A DNA stretch of 64,000 nucleotides from Thermoplasmata archaeon (GTDB lineage: Archaea > Thermoplasmatota > Thermoplasmata > Sysuiplasmatales > Sysuiplasmataceae). Location: NCBI GenBank assembly GCA_021817225.1, contig JAKAVR010000002.1:17240-81239 (forward strand), in the 5' to 3' direction. A program made the position numbers and the translations under genes. This document shows positions 20,384 to 30,059 of this stretch, in pieces. Under the pieces are notes generated by a model. It searched no databases, was not told the origin of the DNA, and saw nothing but the letters and a program-made list of their open reading frames with translations. Every line of letters begins with the position of its first letter. The stretch's first letter is position 1.

Positions 20384-21193
20384 GTGAGTCGATCAGTTCT
20401 TGTAAAATCAAAGGGTGTGCACTTGAAGAAAATCGTCTTCGTAGGTACGGCCGGCGCAGGTAAATCTACACTCACGGCAGCTTTCGACGGATGGATGCAT
20501 GACAACGGGCATGATTGTGTAATAATGAATTTGGATCCGGGTGCAGAGGAACTTGCCTACGAACCGGACATCGACATAAGGGAATGGGTAAGACTGGAGG
20601 AGGTCATGAAGGACTATACACTTGGCCCTAACGGAGCGCAGATTGTTGCCTCCGATCTTCTTGCTCTCAACATGGACAAGGTGCTTGAACCGATAGAAAA
20701 ACTGGATGCGGATTACCTGCTCGTAGACACACCGGGCCAACTGGAGCTGTTTGCCTACAGGCAGTCTGGCAAGGTCGTGATAGACAGGCTCGGGACAGAC
20801 GAGACCGTACTCGCGTTTGTTACCGAACCTGCCATATGCAGATCACCAGGAGGCTTCATTTCATCAAGCATGCTCTTTGCGAGTGTGAACTTCAGGTTTG
20901 AGGTACCCGCACTTAACATAATTTCGAAAGTCGACCTCATCCCCGCCGAAGAGCTTGAGAAGATACTTCATTGGGCGGTGGAGGATATGAAACTCTACAA
21001 CGACCTGGTTGATGAAGATCTGAGGTCTGCGAAATCATTGACGATTGAACTGTTCAAGGCGCTGCAGCAGGTTTCGGCCTACACTGAAATGATACCCATA
21101 TCATCGAAGGAAAGAATTGGCATGGAGGACATATATTCGAAGGTGCAGGACATATTCTACGGCGGAGAGGATCTCGACAGACGCATGAGCTGA
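20384..21193 (+). CDS. GPN-loop GTPase
   Basis: P-loop VGTAGAGKSTL, GPN motif LGPNGAQIV, and DTPGQLELF. Confidence 0.7.
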   Translation: MSRSVLVKSKGVHLKKIVFVGTAGAGKSTLTAAFDGWMHDNGHDCVIMNLDPGAEELAYEPDIDIREWVRLEEVMKDYTLGPNGAQIVASDLLALNMDKVLEPIEKLDADYLLVDTPGQLELFAYRQSGKVVIDRLGTDETVLAFVTEPAICRSPGGFISSSMLFASVNFRFEVPALNIISKVDLIPAEELEKILHWAVEDMKLYNDLVDEDLRSAKSLTIELFKALQQVSAYTEMIPISSKERIGMEDIYSKVQDIFYGGEDLDRRMS

Positions 21194-21210
21194 GTAGAAG
21201 ATGCCGAACC

Positions 21211-21753
21211 TCACTCAGCGGCGGGAACTGCATCCGTCATGACGAATTCGATGTACTTCTTCCTTATGTTCAGTGCTTCTCCCAAGACAATGCCGGTCGT
21301 AAATGAGAGGATGGCGGACAAGGCAATCTCCACCGCCAGGTTGAATGGAATTGCAAACTCGATGACAATCCTTGCAATGTAGGATGCAATCCAGAATGCG
21401 AGCACATACATGTGTCTCCTGTAATACACCAGCCCGTTCCTGTAGAAGAAGGACGACTGGGTCGCATACAGATAACCGACCACTGCGGCGATGGGGACAA
21501 GTGCCAGTGTGGAAACAACATAAAGACTCACAGTGCCGAAACCGAAGACAGAAACCACGGTGAACAGGAGATAGAGGGCTGGCATCCGGAAGACCCTTCC
21601 GGTGCTGTATGCAATGCCGTTGAGGCCGAAGTAGATTCGCCTTGCCCCAAAAAGCACTATGATTCCAATCAAAAGGAGCAGGTACTCATCGGATTGTCCT
21701 GTAAAGAGTGGACTTCCCTGAGTCGAGACCGAAAGCAGTGCTCCTCCCAGCAT
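21211..21753 (-). CDS. hypothetical polytopic membrane protein
   Basis: 180 aa with about five hydrophobic helices; no recognisable motif. Confidence 0.35.
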   Translation of the reverse strand: MLGGALLSVSTQGSPLFTGQSDEYLLLLIGIIVLFGARRIYFGLNGIAYSTGRVFRMPALYLLFTVVSVFGFGTVSLYVVSTLALVPIAAVVGYLYATQSSFFYRNGLVYYRRHMYVLAFWIASYIARIVIEFAIPFNLAVEIALSAILSFTTGIVLGEALNIRKKYIEFVMTDAVPAAE

Positions 21754-21771
21754 GGGAATTGTATTCCTCCG

Positions 21772-23454
21772 TTATTCGACGTCACCTGTCATCATGACTG
21801 CACCCTTTGAAGCAGAGGTGACAAGCGATGCGTACTGCAGCAGTAGCCCGCCGCTATATTGCCGTTTTGGACGCTTCCATGCCTTCTTTCTCTTGGCCAG
21901 CATCTCACCCGAAATTTCGAAGTCGAGAGTTCCCTTGAGAGCATCGATTGTTATCACATCCCCGTCCCTCAAGAGTGCAATTGGCCCCCCTTCATAAGCC
22001 TCGGGCGAAACATGTCCGACCATGAGTCCTCTGGTGGCGCCTGAAAAACGGCCGTCTGTGATGAGTGCAACGCTATCGCCGAGTCCCTGCCCCACAATCG
22101 CTGCGGTCACCGAAAGCATTTCCCTCATACCGGGGCCCCCCTTCGGCCCTTCATACCTGATCACAACAATATCACCTGGTTCGACCGCCCTTGACATTAT
22201 TTCGCTGAAAGCCTCCTCCTCCGAGTCAAAGACCTTGGCCCTGCCCCTCATCTGCTGCGTCACAGACGCAGAGACCTTGAGAACTGCCCCTTCAGGCGCC
22301 AGGGATCCCCTAAGTATTTTGATGCCGCCCCTGGAGGCAATTGGCTCTGACAATGGCCTTATGACATGCTGGTCGGGGAGATTTGCCGAAGCCGACTCAA
22401 GCTCCTGCTTCAATGTCCTGCCTGATACAGTCATTGCGCCTCCGTTCAGAAGACCACCTTCAAGCAAACTCCTCATCAGGAGCGGAACACCACCGGCACG
22501 GTGCAGGTCCGCCATAACGTACCTTCCGCTTGGCTTCATGTCGACTATTTCTGGCACGCGATTCCCTATTGATTCGAAATCGTCTATTCCAAGGCTGATG
22601 CCTGCCTCATGAGCTATTGCGATGAGGTGTAGAACTGCATTGGTGGAACCGCCCGAGGCCATCAGGACTGTGATGGCATTCTCGAAAGACTCGAATGTAA
22701 GTATATCCCTGGGCTTGAGATCTGTTTCAACGAGATCCATCAATGCGGATCCTGTTTGAAATGCAAAGGAGCCCCTGGAACCGTCAACGGCGGGAGGAGA
22801 CGCGCTGCCTAGCAATGAAAGTCCGAGCGCTTCTGTCATCATCGCCATGGTGTTGGCGGTATAGAGTCCTCCGCATGCACCTGCGGTGGGGATGGCGCAG
22901 TCCTCCATCCTTTTCAGCTCTTCGAGAGTCATACCGCCTGCCGAGTACGAGCCCACTGCTTCATAGACATCGCCTATGGCAATATCCCTGCCATTGTAGC
23001 TGCCGGGCAGCGTGGTTCCGCTGTACATGACAATTGACGGTATGTTGAGCCTTGCCATCGCCATCATCATCCCCGGATTCGTTTTGTCGCAACCAGAGAG
23101 TGCCGCAAAACCATCATAACCGTGTGCGTTTACCGTAAGTTCAACAGTGTTGGCGACAAGTTCCCTGCTTACCAGGGAGTATTTCATCCCTTCTGTTCCC
23201 ATCGCAATGCCGTCAATAACGACCGGTGTGGTGAACAGTCTTGGCGTTCCACCACTGCTCCTGATTCCGTCCTTGACCTTCTGTCCCAGTGCAAGTGTGT
23301 GAATGTTGCAAGGTCCGGCTTCATTCCAGGCAGCGGCGACACCAACTATGGGTCTTGAAAGCTCTTCGTCTGTCAAGCCCATTGATTTCATGAATGCCCT
23401 GTTTGGAGCCCTTTCCGGACCCCCATAGACTGCTGAAGAACGCTTGTTAGGCAT
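21772..23454 (-). CDS. ilvD: dihydroxy-acid dehydratase
   Basis: IlvD/EDD family: [14 protein letters not shown] at the N-terminus and the CDKTNPG Fe-S ligand region. The likely start is the M at 23454 (the ORF runs to 23535). Confidence 0.85.
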   Translation of the reverse strand: MPNKRSSAVYGGPERAPNRAFMKSMGLTDEELSRPIVGVAAAWNEAGPCNIHTLALGQKVKDGIRSSGGTPRLFTTPVVIDGIAMGTEGMKYSLVSRELVANTVELTVNAHGYDGFAALSGCDKTNPGMMMAMARLNIPSIVMYSGTTLPGSYNGRDIAIGDVYEAVGSYSAGGMTLEELKRMEDCAIPTAGACGGLYTANTMAMMTEALGLSLLGSASPPAVDGSRGSFAFQTGSALMDLVETDLKPRDILTFESFENAITVLMASGGSTNAVLHLIAIAHEAGISLGIDDFESIGNRVPEIVDMKPSGRYVMADLHRAGGVPLLMRSLLEGGLLNGGAMTVSGRTLKQELESASANLPDQHVIRPLSEPIASRGGIKILRGSLAPEGAVLKVSASVTQQMRGRAKVFDSEEEAFSEIMSRAVEPGDIVVIRYEGPKGGPGMREMLSVTAAIVGQGLGDSVALITDGRFSGATRGLMVGHVSPEAYEGGPIALLRDGDVITIDALKGTLDFEISGEMLAKRKKAWKRPKRQYSGGLLLQYASLVTSASKGAVMMTGDVE

Positions 23455-23531
23455 GTTCGTTGACTCGACTACGTCTAATTTAACCTTGTGCAATATTGTC
23501 ATTTCAAACCGGGCTGCTTGCCGCGCCGGCC

Positions 23532-23945
23532 TCATACATGGAAGAAGACTGGAACTACTAACATTGCGAAGAAAAGATCAAAGAGGACGATGACACTCAA
23601 GACAACGTAGAGCCTGTTCTTGAGATAGGCAAACTCGGCGAGAGCAATCAGTACGATTGAAATGGGTGTGAATATGAGGACCCACAATCCTAGCGATATG
23701 AAGTAGAGACCGTTGAGATGGACGACCCCATTGAGTATACCTGTAAGGGGCAGGGAAGAGGAGTTAATTGAGAAACCGGATATGCCTGAGCCGGAACCGT
23801 AGCTTGCGATCTGATCGATGCTGTAGCCGTCAGCGCCATGCATCACAAATATCAGGGTGACACCCGTCGCAAGGAGAATGATGCTTACGACCACACCGAG
23901 TCTCAACACGGTGCTCAGAATGTCGTTGAATTCATACTTGGACAT
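23532..23945 (-). CDS. DUF1634-like membrane protein (TauE partner)
   Basis: 137 aa with 3-4 TM helices, overlapping the 3' end of the TauE gene. This is the usual TauE/DUF1634 pairing. Confidence 0.45.
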   Translation of the reverse strand: MSKYEFNDILSTVLRLGVVVSIILLATGVTLIFVMHGADGYSIDQIASYGSGSGISGFSINSSSLPLTGILNGVVHLNGLYFISLGLWVLIFTPISIVLIALAEFAYLKNRLYVVLSVIVLFDLFFAMLVVPVFFHV

Positions 23946-24912
23946 CTTCCGCCTCCTGTTTTCTAATCACCAGGAAGAGGCATGAAATCAGTATGACCGA
24001 AGTCAGAGCTGAAATGGCTAACCTGTCGGTGCCCGATGTTACAAACGAACCGTTGGATGCAAGCCCCTTCAGAAGCATTTCAACGCCGAGGAATGAAAGA
24101 ACCGCGAAGAAAAGCCACCTTATGTTCTTGTTTGACATCCTCACAAGTATCTTCGTACCAATGAAAGAACCAGCAAGCACTCCGATGGCAGTTGCGGCTG
24201 CGACGAAAACCTGTATGTATCCTGCATACCAGTAGATTGAACTGCCTGTGGCAGCGGTAATGCCAACCATGAAATTGCTTGTCGTGGTCGTTACCTTCAT
24301 GGGAAGATTCATGGCCCAGTCCATGCCCAGGACTTTCATCGCTCCGCTTCCGATGCCGAGCAGGCCCGAGATGATGCCCGCGAAAAGCATCACTATTTCG
24401 CCTGCCCACCACTTGACGCCATTATAGTGCACATCTTTTTTCAACCTGGCGTCGTAATATACCCCTGTCATCTGAAAAAGGCGTGTTGTCCAGTCCGGCT
24501 TCTTCAGCGGGGGTATTTCGTGCCTTCCCTTTTGTGCAGTAGGATAGAGCGAGAAGAGGAGCACTGCACCGAAGAGAACATAGATGATCCATTGCAGTCG
24601 GTGATCGTAGACATAGACTGCAAGTAGCGACCCTATGATGGCACCCACAGTTGTTGCAACCTCCAGACCGATGCCTATCTTGACGTTGGAAATCCGCTCC
24701 TTCACATAGGCGCTTGCAGAACCTGCAGAGGTTGCAATTGTAGAGATAAGGCTGGCGCCTGTGGCGTAGATTATTGGTATTCCGTAGAATATTGTCAGCA
24801 GTGGAACAAGGACGGTTCCCCCGCCAAGGCCGGTCAGTGAGCCGAGAAGACCTGCGGAGAAGCCCCCGACCACAATCAAAAGGAAATTGAAAAGTGCAAT
24901 CAAGGGGGTCAT
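23932..24912 (-). CDS. TauE/SafE-family (DUF81) anion exporter
   Basis: 326 aa polytopic. The Gly-rich signature GSLTGLGGGTVLVPLL recurs in both halves. Confidence 0.7.
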   Translation of the reverse strand: MTPLIALFNFLLIVVGGFSAGLLGSLTGLGGGTVLVPLLTIFYGIPIIYATGASLISTIATSAGSASAYVKERISNVKIGIGLEVATTVGAIIGSLLAVYVYDHRLQWIIYVLFGAVLLFSLYPTAQKGRHEIPPLKKPDWTTRLFQMTGVYYDARLKKDVHYNGVKWWAGEIVMLFAGIISGLLGIGSGAMKVLGMDWAMNLPMKVTTTTSNFMVGITAATGSSIYWYAGYIQVFVAAATAIGVLAGSFIGTKILVRMSNKNIRWLFFAVLSFLGVEMLLKGLASNGSFVTSGTDRLAISALTSVILISCLFLVIRKQEAEDVQV

Positions 24913-24989
24913 TGATGTGTGCTCAAAACATCATTGTATAAATCATTGACTGAAAACAGTCACACCTGCGATCTGCGGACAGCAAAGGG

Positions 24990-26282
24990 TCACAGAAACG
25001 AGAGTTTGCCCCTGATTATTGTCTGCTCCCTCGAATGACCAACCGAAATTATCTTCGCCTTTACGCCGAGAAACTCCTCGATGAATGAAATGTACCGTCT
25101 CGACTCGACTGGAAGGTCTGTCCATCCGTGGACTCCCTCATCAAGCTGTTCACCCCATCCATGCAATTCCCTGTATACGGGCTGAACATTCTCCAGCACT
25201 TTGACCGATTGAGGATAGTGCTTGAGCTTCTCACCGTTGTACCTATAGGATGTTGCGATCTTCAGGCGGTCTATGCCTGACAGGACATCAAGCTTTGTGA
25301 GTGCAATCGCAGTGGCACCGGAGAGACTGATGGCGTACTTGGCAGCAAATAGATCGAGCCAACCGCACCTTCTTCTTCTGCCCGTCGTTGTGCCTACCTC
25401 CATGCCTTTGAGCGCCAGGTGTTCACCCACATCGTCGCTGAGTTCTGTCGGGAATGGGCCGCCACCGACTCTTGTCGAATATGCCTTGAGCACACCGATT
25501 ACACCCAGTCTGTGATTGGGGTCCATCCCGCTGCCTGTGAATGCATTTCCAGTCACAATGTTCGAGGAAGTGACATACGGATAGTTGCCATGGTCAATAT
25601 CGAGCATCAGGCCGTGGGCACCTTCGAATATCACATTCTTCCTCTTTGAAGCCATGTCGTTGATAAGGTGAGAGGTGTCCGTTATGTACGGCGAGAGAGC
25701 CCTGGACCACTCCGCAAGCTTCTTCATAAGCGAGTCCGCATCGACCTCAAGCTCACCTGAGAGGGCGGACGCGTATGCCTTCTTCATTCTTACAGCCATG
25801 TCGACCTTCGGACCAAGAGACTCCACGTCGAGAAGATCGCCGGCCCTGAAACCTATCCTTGAGGCCTTGTCCGAATAGCATGGCCCTATTCCCTTCCTGG
25901 TGGTGCCCACAGCACTTCCTCCCTTGAATGACTCCTCAAGTCCGTCAATCTGCTTGTGGTACGGCATAACGAGATGTGCCCTGTCGCTGATGTGAAATTT
26001 GCTGATGCGATAGCCCCTGTCGGCCAGTGTTTTCAACTCTGCCATGAGTTCGTCTGGATCAACCGCAGAGCCGTTTGCGATAATGCCAGTCACTTTCTTG
26101 TGAAGAACACCCGACGGCACCTGGTGGAATTTGAATGTCTGTTTGCCGAACTCCACCGTATGACCCGCATTTGCGCCTCCCTGGAACCTTACGACGCAAT
26201 CGGCAGAATCCGAAACAAAATCAGTGATCTTTCCCTTCCCCTCATCTCCCCACTGGAGCCCCACTATAGCTATAGCAGGCAT
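24990..26282 (-). CDS. purA: adenylosuccinate synthetase
   Basis: P-loop GLQWGDEGKGKITD directly after the M at 26282. The ORF's 5' extension to 26480 is Arg-rich junk. Confidence 0.9.
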   Translation of the reverse strand: MPAIAIVGLQWGDEGKGKITDFVSDSADCVVRFQGGANAGHTVEFGKQTFKFHQVPSGVLHKKVTGIIANGSAVDPDELMAELKTLADRGYRISKFHISDRAHLVMPYHKQIDGLEESFKGGSAVGTTRKGIGPCYSDKASRIGFRAGDLLDVESLGPKVDMAVRMKKAYASALSGELEVDADSLMKKLAEWSRALSPYITDTSHLINDMASKRKNVIFEGAHGLMLDIDHGNYPYVTSSNIVTGNAFTGSGMDPNHRLGVIGVLKAYSTRVGGGPFPTELSDDVGEHLALKGMEVGTTTGRRRRCGWLDLFAAKYAISLSGATAIALTKLDVLSGIDRLKIATSYRYNGEKLKHYPQSVKVLENVQPVYRELHGWGEQLDEGVHGWTDLPVESRRYISFIEEFLGVKAKIISVGHSREQTIIRGKLSFL

Positions 26283-26394
26283 GAGTGCCCATTTGTAATG
26301 TAGTATAAAAGAATAAGCCGCCATGCCGCACTGTCGGCGGCGACGTGGGGCGCCTGCCATATTATTATCGCTGGTATGCAAATACGCATACCGT

Positions 26395-26799
26395 ATGTCG
26401 CTTCGAAAAACAGACATCAATTCATCACCCAAGGCGGTCGTGGATGCAATGTGCCAGTCAATCACCGGGAAAGGACTCACGCTTTATTCGGTCATAGACC
26501 ACCGCAGTGAAATCGAGGAGGCGGCCGCAACTCCCTTCACAGCCTACACGATAACATTCGGCAGTCCCGCACTTTCCTCAATGTTGCTTGCCAAGAACAT
26601 AGAGCTCTCCGTCGACATACCCCTCAGGACATCCGTTGTTTCAAGACAGAACGGATGCAGGTTGATATGGAGGGACATGCACTCCCTGCTGAGCGACTTT
26701 CAGGTTGCCAATTCCGAAAATACAGCCAATCTTGTAAACGGCATTATTGAAGATGTGATAAACGGTGCGCGTGCCATTTGCGACAGTTCTGAGAGATAA
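26395..26799 (+). CDS. DUF302-family protein (second paralog)
   Basis: ITGKGLTLYSVIDHRSEIEE...TITFGSPALSSMLL...LPLRTSVVSRQNGCRLIW resembles the DUF302 pattern. An ATTATTAT box lies about 27 nt upstream of the ATG at 26395. Confidence 0.5.
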   Translation: MSLRKTDINSSPKAVVDAMCQSITGKGLTLYSVIDHRSEIEEAAATPFTAYTITFGSPALSSMLLAKNIELSVDIPLRTSVVSRQNGCRLIWRDMHSLLSDFQVANSENTANLVNGIIEDVINGARAICDSSER

Positions 26800-26960
26800 G
26801 GCGACCCGTGAGCTGTCTGGCTGCCATGGAGTTTTCCACTGCCCGCCCTGTTCCCGTGCTGCAAGGCAATTCGACCGCTTTCGGGCACCTCTCCCTTCTC
26901 CCCTGCTTAAATAAGCGCTCAGGGCTGGTTACATACATACCCAGACGGGAGCAGAAGCAC

Positions 26961-27665
26961 ATGTTGAAGTTCGAAAGCAATATGGCAAGGGCCACACCAG
27001 ATTCTCTAACGGTAATCGAGGGGCGAAACCGTAACAGTTGCATAATAAAGAGGGGAGAAAATACATTCATAGGCGGGCCCTCTTCGGTGACAGGCAAGCT
27101 TCTGCATTCAATCGTTTTCAGATCCCTTGCTGTTTCTGATGGAATAGTGCTCTGGATAGACGGCGGCAATTCGTTTGACCCGTACAGGATTTCGGAACTG
27201 GCTGAAAGATGCGGATACGATGGAAGAAAAATGCTCTCCAGGATAAGGATTGCCAGGGCTTTCACCGCCCATCAGATGGAGGCCATTGCACGTTCGGCCT
27301 CAAAGGAGGCCCGTGGCAACAGCATATCGATCCTTGTTGTATCATCTGTTGCGGAACTGTTCACCGGCGAAGTCGGATGGAAGGAAGGAATGGACCTCCT
27401 GAAGAGCACTGTTGGAAATCTTGGAAAACTTGCAGAGAACTGCGGCGCATGGTCCGTTATGACATCGGGCATATCCGTGAGTTCCAGCACTGAAATGGAA
27501 AGGATAGTGGATGAGAACTTCGCAAGAGTGGTGAACGTTGAGCTGGAAAATGAAGATCTTTACCTTGAAAGCGACGGACAGGTTCTGGCAGTAAGCAGGT
27601 GGAGCGAGAAAAGGCACCAGAGATCCATACTTGAGTTCACAGGCAGAGGTGATCGAGCTGGGTAG
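26961..27665 (+). CDS. RadB/RecA-superfamily-like protein with a degenerate Walker A
   Basis: FIGGPSSVTGKLLHSI sits in the Walker A position but is non-canonical. IVLWIDGGNSFDPYRISELAE resembles the RadB block VVYIDTEGGFSPERL. Start uncertain (M at 26961 or 26982; the ORF is drawn from 26808). Confidence 0.45.
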   Translation: MLKFESNMARATPDSLTVIEGRNRNSCIIKRGENTFIGGPSSVTGKLLHSIVFRSLAVSDGIVLWIDGGNSFDPYRISELAERCGYDGRKMLSRIRIARAFTAHQMEAIARSASKEARGNSISILVVSSVAELFTGEVGWKEGMDLLKSTVGNLGKLAENCGAWSVMTSGISVSSSTEMERIVDENFARVVNVELENEDLYLESDGQVLAVSRWSEKRHQRSILEFTGRGDRAG

Positions 27666-27903
27666 AACTGTTCCAACGTTCAGGACAGAAATAGAGAGGA
27701 TCGTTTCACGCTGGGAGAAATTCGGCAGCGCCCTCAGAAAGGAGGAGAAGACGTACCTTGAAAGAGTGATAGCAAAGGCAAGGCATCATTCATCCGCCTC
27801 CACATATGCCGCCCTCGTCAATCCCGTGGAGGGCATGATGCTTTCCATAATGATAGAGCAGGAAAAGGAACTAGATCTTCTCAAACGGAAGTACCATTTC
27901 TAA
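27631..27903 (+). CDS. hypothetical small helical protein
   Basis: 90 aa. It overlaps the 3' end of the RadB-like gene and ends 15 nt before the PolB gene. Confidence 0.3.
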   Translation: MSSQAEVIELGRTVPTFRTEIERIVSRWEKFGSALRKEEKTYLERVIAKARHHSSASTYAALVNPVEGMMLSIMIEQEKELDLLKRKYHF

Positions 27904-27917
27904 GAGGCAGCGGGTGG

Positions 27918-30059
27918 ATGGAAGGGTGGATAATAGATGCCTACACGGATGTGAAAAGGAACAGCGTTGTCCTGTGGGTAAAAGGAAATGAAGTAAGGAA
28001 GTTTGAATTCGGATACAGACCAACATTTCACGTCGGCGGAAACGCTGCTTCGCTGGATGAAATTGCACGAAGGCTTGACAAAATAGAGAGCGTAGACGAG
28101 AGGAGGGTTGTAAGAAAGACCGCGCCTCAAATGCAGCTTGCTGATATGCTTGAGATAAGCACGGGTGACTTTCACACATACCGCAAGATTGCAGAAGGCA
28201 TATATGCGCTTGGAGACCACACAGGCTACACCGTATACGATGCAGACATACCCATAGAGCAGCGCTTCATGCTTGATAACGGCATATTTCCGCTTGCGTT
28301 TATCTCGGCTGGAAATGGCGAGATTAAATGCCTTGATTCTCTGAATGAGATATATTATGAGATGCCGCCCCTCAATACGGCCCATCTTGACATAACATTT
28401 GAAAAGAACCCGCCTGCAAAAGACACGCGAATAGGAAGCATAGCAATAGACAGCGATATCATCGAGGATGATGAGGAGAGAATGCTTCTGGAGGCGGCGA
28501 GAATACTGAGTTCGAAGAATTACGATCTGATACTCACAAATGGTGGTGATGCCTTTGCAATAAGGCAGATGTACAGGCGTGCCGCGTGCCTGGATCTTGA
28601 TGAATTCACGCTTGGAAGGGAGGTGGGGATGAGGGGGTCGTATGCGGCAAAGAGCTACATGAGCTACGGCAGGATATTCTACAAGCCGTCACCCGCGATG
28701 CTCATGGGCAGATTGCACATAGATACACGCAACTCGTTCCTGCATATAGAGTCTGGACTGGAGGGGCTTGCAGAAATATCCAGGCTTTCCTACATGGGAC
28801 TGCAGCAGCTTTCCAGACTTTCCCCGGGCACTGCCATAAGCAGCATGGAGACAATGGAGGCGCTGAGGCAGAACGGTTCTGTGCCATGGAAGAAGAACAG
28901 GCCAGAGATGTTCAAAACCGCAGAGGAGCTAGTAGAATCTGACAGGGGAGGACTCATATTCACGCCTGTAACAGGCTTTCACAGCAATGTCTTCGGTCTT
29001 GATTTCTCATCCCTGTACCCGGCCATAATGAAAAAGGAAAACATATCCGTGGACACGCTCAACTGCAAGTGCTGCGCAGTGGATGGAAGGAATGTTCCCG
29101 GACTCGGATATCACTTCTGCGTACGCAGGACAGGACTTATACCATCCGTCATAGGCAACCTGATAATGAGGCGCAGAAAGTACAAAACAATGAGCGATGA
29201 ATTTGCAGCAAAAAGGAGGAATGCGCTCAAATGGGTTCTTGTCACATCCTTTGGCTATACGGGGTTCAGGAATGCCAAATTTGGAAGCATAGAATGCCAC
29301 GAATCAATAAATGCATTCGGCAGGGATATCCTCCTGCATGCAGCGCGAAGGGCGGAAGAGATGGGATTCAGGGTGCTACATGGCATAGTCGATTCACTCT
29401 GGATACAGGGCGAGGGGGACGCTTTAGAGTATGCCGAAAGGATAGGGAGTGAGACTGGAATACCATTTGAGGTCGAAGGCAGGTATCGCTGGATTGTTTT
29501 CCTGAACAACAAGGGGGACGGAGAGGGCAGCCTCAACAAATACTACGGCCTCTTCGATGATGGCACCTACAAGCTCAGGGGGATTGAACTCAGGAGATCC
29601 GATTCTCCCGAAATAGTCAGGTTTGCCCAGAACATAATGCTTGAATACCTGCGCGATTCGACCGACGGGAAAGATTTTGTTCAGAGGGCAAGGAACGGAA
29701 TAATGAGGGTGGCGGAACTCGTGAAGGATGTAAAAAGAGGGAGCTATCCCGTCGAAGACATGATCATAACAAAGCGTGTTTCAAAGACGCTTGATGAATA
29801 CAGGAGCAGCAACGAGCGGCAAATCGCACTGCTGCGACTCAGGGAAGCAGGGATGGAGGTTAGCGCAGGGGAAGTCATCAGATATGTTGTTGCGGCAGCA
29901 AGAAAGGACAGAATCATTGTTCCCGAACAGCTTCTTACGGACAACGATGCCTATGAGGCTGGATACTACTCCAGGCTGATTGCACGTGCGCTTGCTACGA
30001 TGCTCTTTCCCTTTGGCTACGATGAAAAAAAGATTCTTTCAATGTTCAGGTATTCTTGA
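27918..30059 (+). CDS. family-B DNA polymerase, PolB2-like (exonuclease motifs degenerate)
   Basis: PolB N-terminal signature WIIDAYTDVKRNSVVLWVKG...YRPTFHV. Motif A DFSSLYPAIM (29001..29030). Motif B is divergent (KWVLVTSFGYTGF). Motif C reads HGIVDSLW (29379..29402) instead of YGDTDS. Exo I is DIT rather than DIE, and Exo II is NGGDAFA rather than NGDSFD. At 713 aa it is shorter than replicative PolB. Confidence 0.75.
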   Translation: MEGWIIDAYTDVKRNSVVLWVKGNEVRKFEFGYRPTFHVGGNAASLDEIARRLDKIESVDERRVVRKTAPQMQLADMLEISTGDFHTYRKIAEGIYALGDHTGYTVYDADIPIEQRFMLDNGIFPLAFISAGNGEIKCLDSLNEIYYEMPPLNTAHLDITFEKNPPAKDTRIGSIAIDSDIIEDDEERMLLEAARILSSKNYDLILTNGGDAFAIRQMYRRAACLDLDEFTLGREVGMRGSYAAKSYMSYGRIFYKPSPAMLMGRLHIDTRNSFLHIESGLEGLAEISRLSYMGLQQLSRLSPGTAISSMETMEALRQNGSVPWKKNRPEMFKTAEELVESDRGGLIFTPVTGFHSNVFGLDFSSLYPAIMKKENISVDTLNCKCCAVDGRNVPGLGYHFCVRRTGLIPSVIGNLIMRRRKYKTMSDEFAAKRRNALKWVLVTSFGYTGFRNAKFGSIECHESINAFGRDILLHAARRAEEMGFRVLHGIVDSLWIQGEGDALEYAERIGSETGIPFEVEGRYRWIVFLNNKGDGEGSLNKYYGLFDDGTYKLRGIELRRSDSPEIVRFAQNIMLEYLRDSTDGKDFVQRARNGIMRVAELVKDVKRGSYPVEDMIITKRVSKTLDEYRSSNERQIALLRLREAGMEVSAGEVIRYVVAAARKDRIIVPEQLLTDNDAYEAGYYSRLIARALATMLFPFGYDEKKILSMFRYS

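Noticed and set aside
20191-20505. 104-aa minus-strand ORF
   Set aside because: It is antisense to tRNA-Lys and to the 5' end of the GPN-GTPase gene, and its composition is low-complexity.
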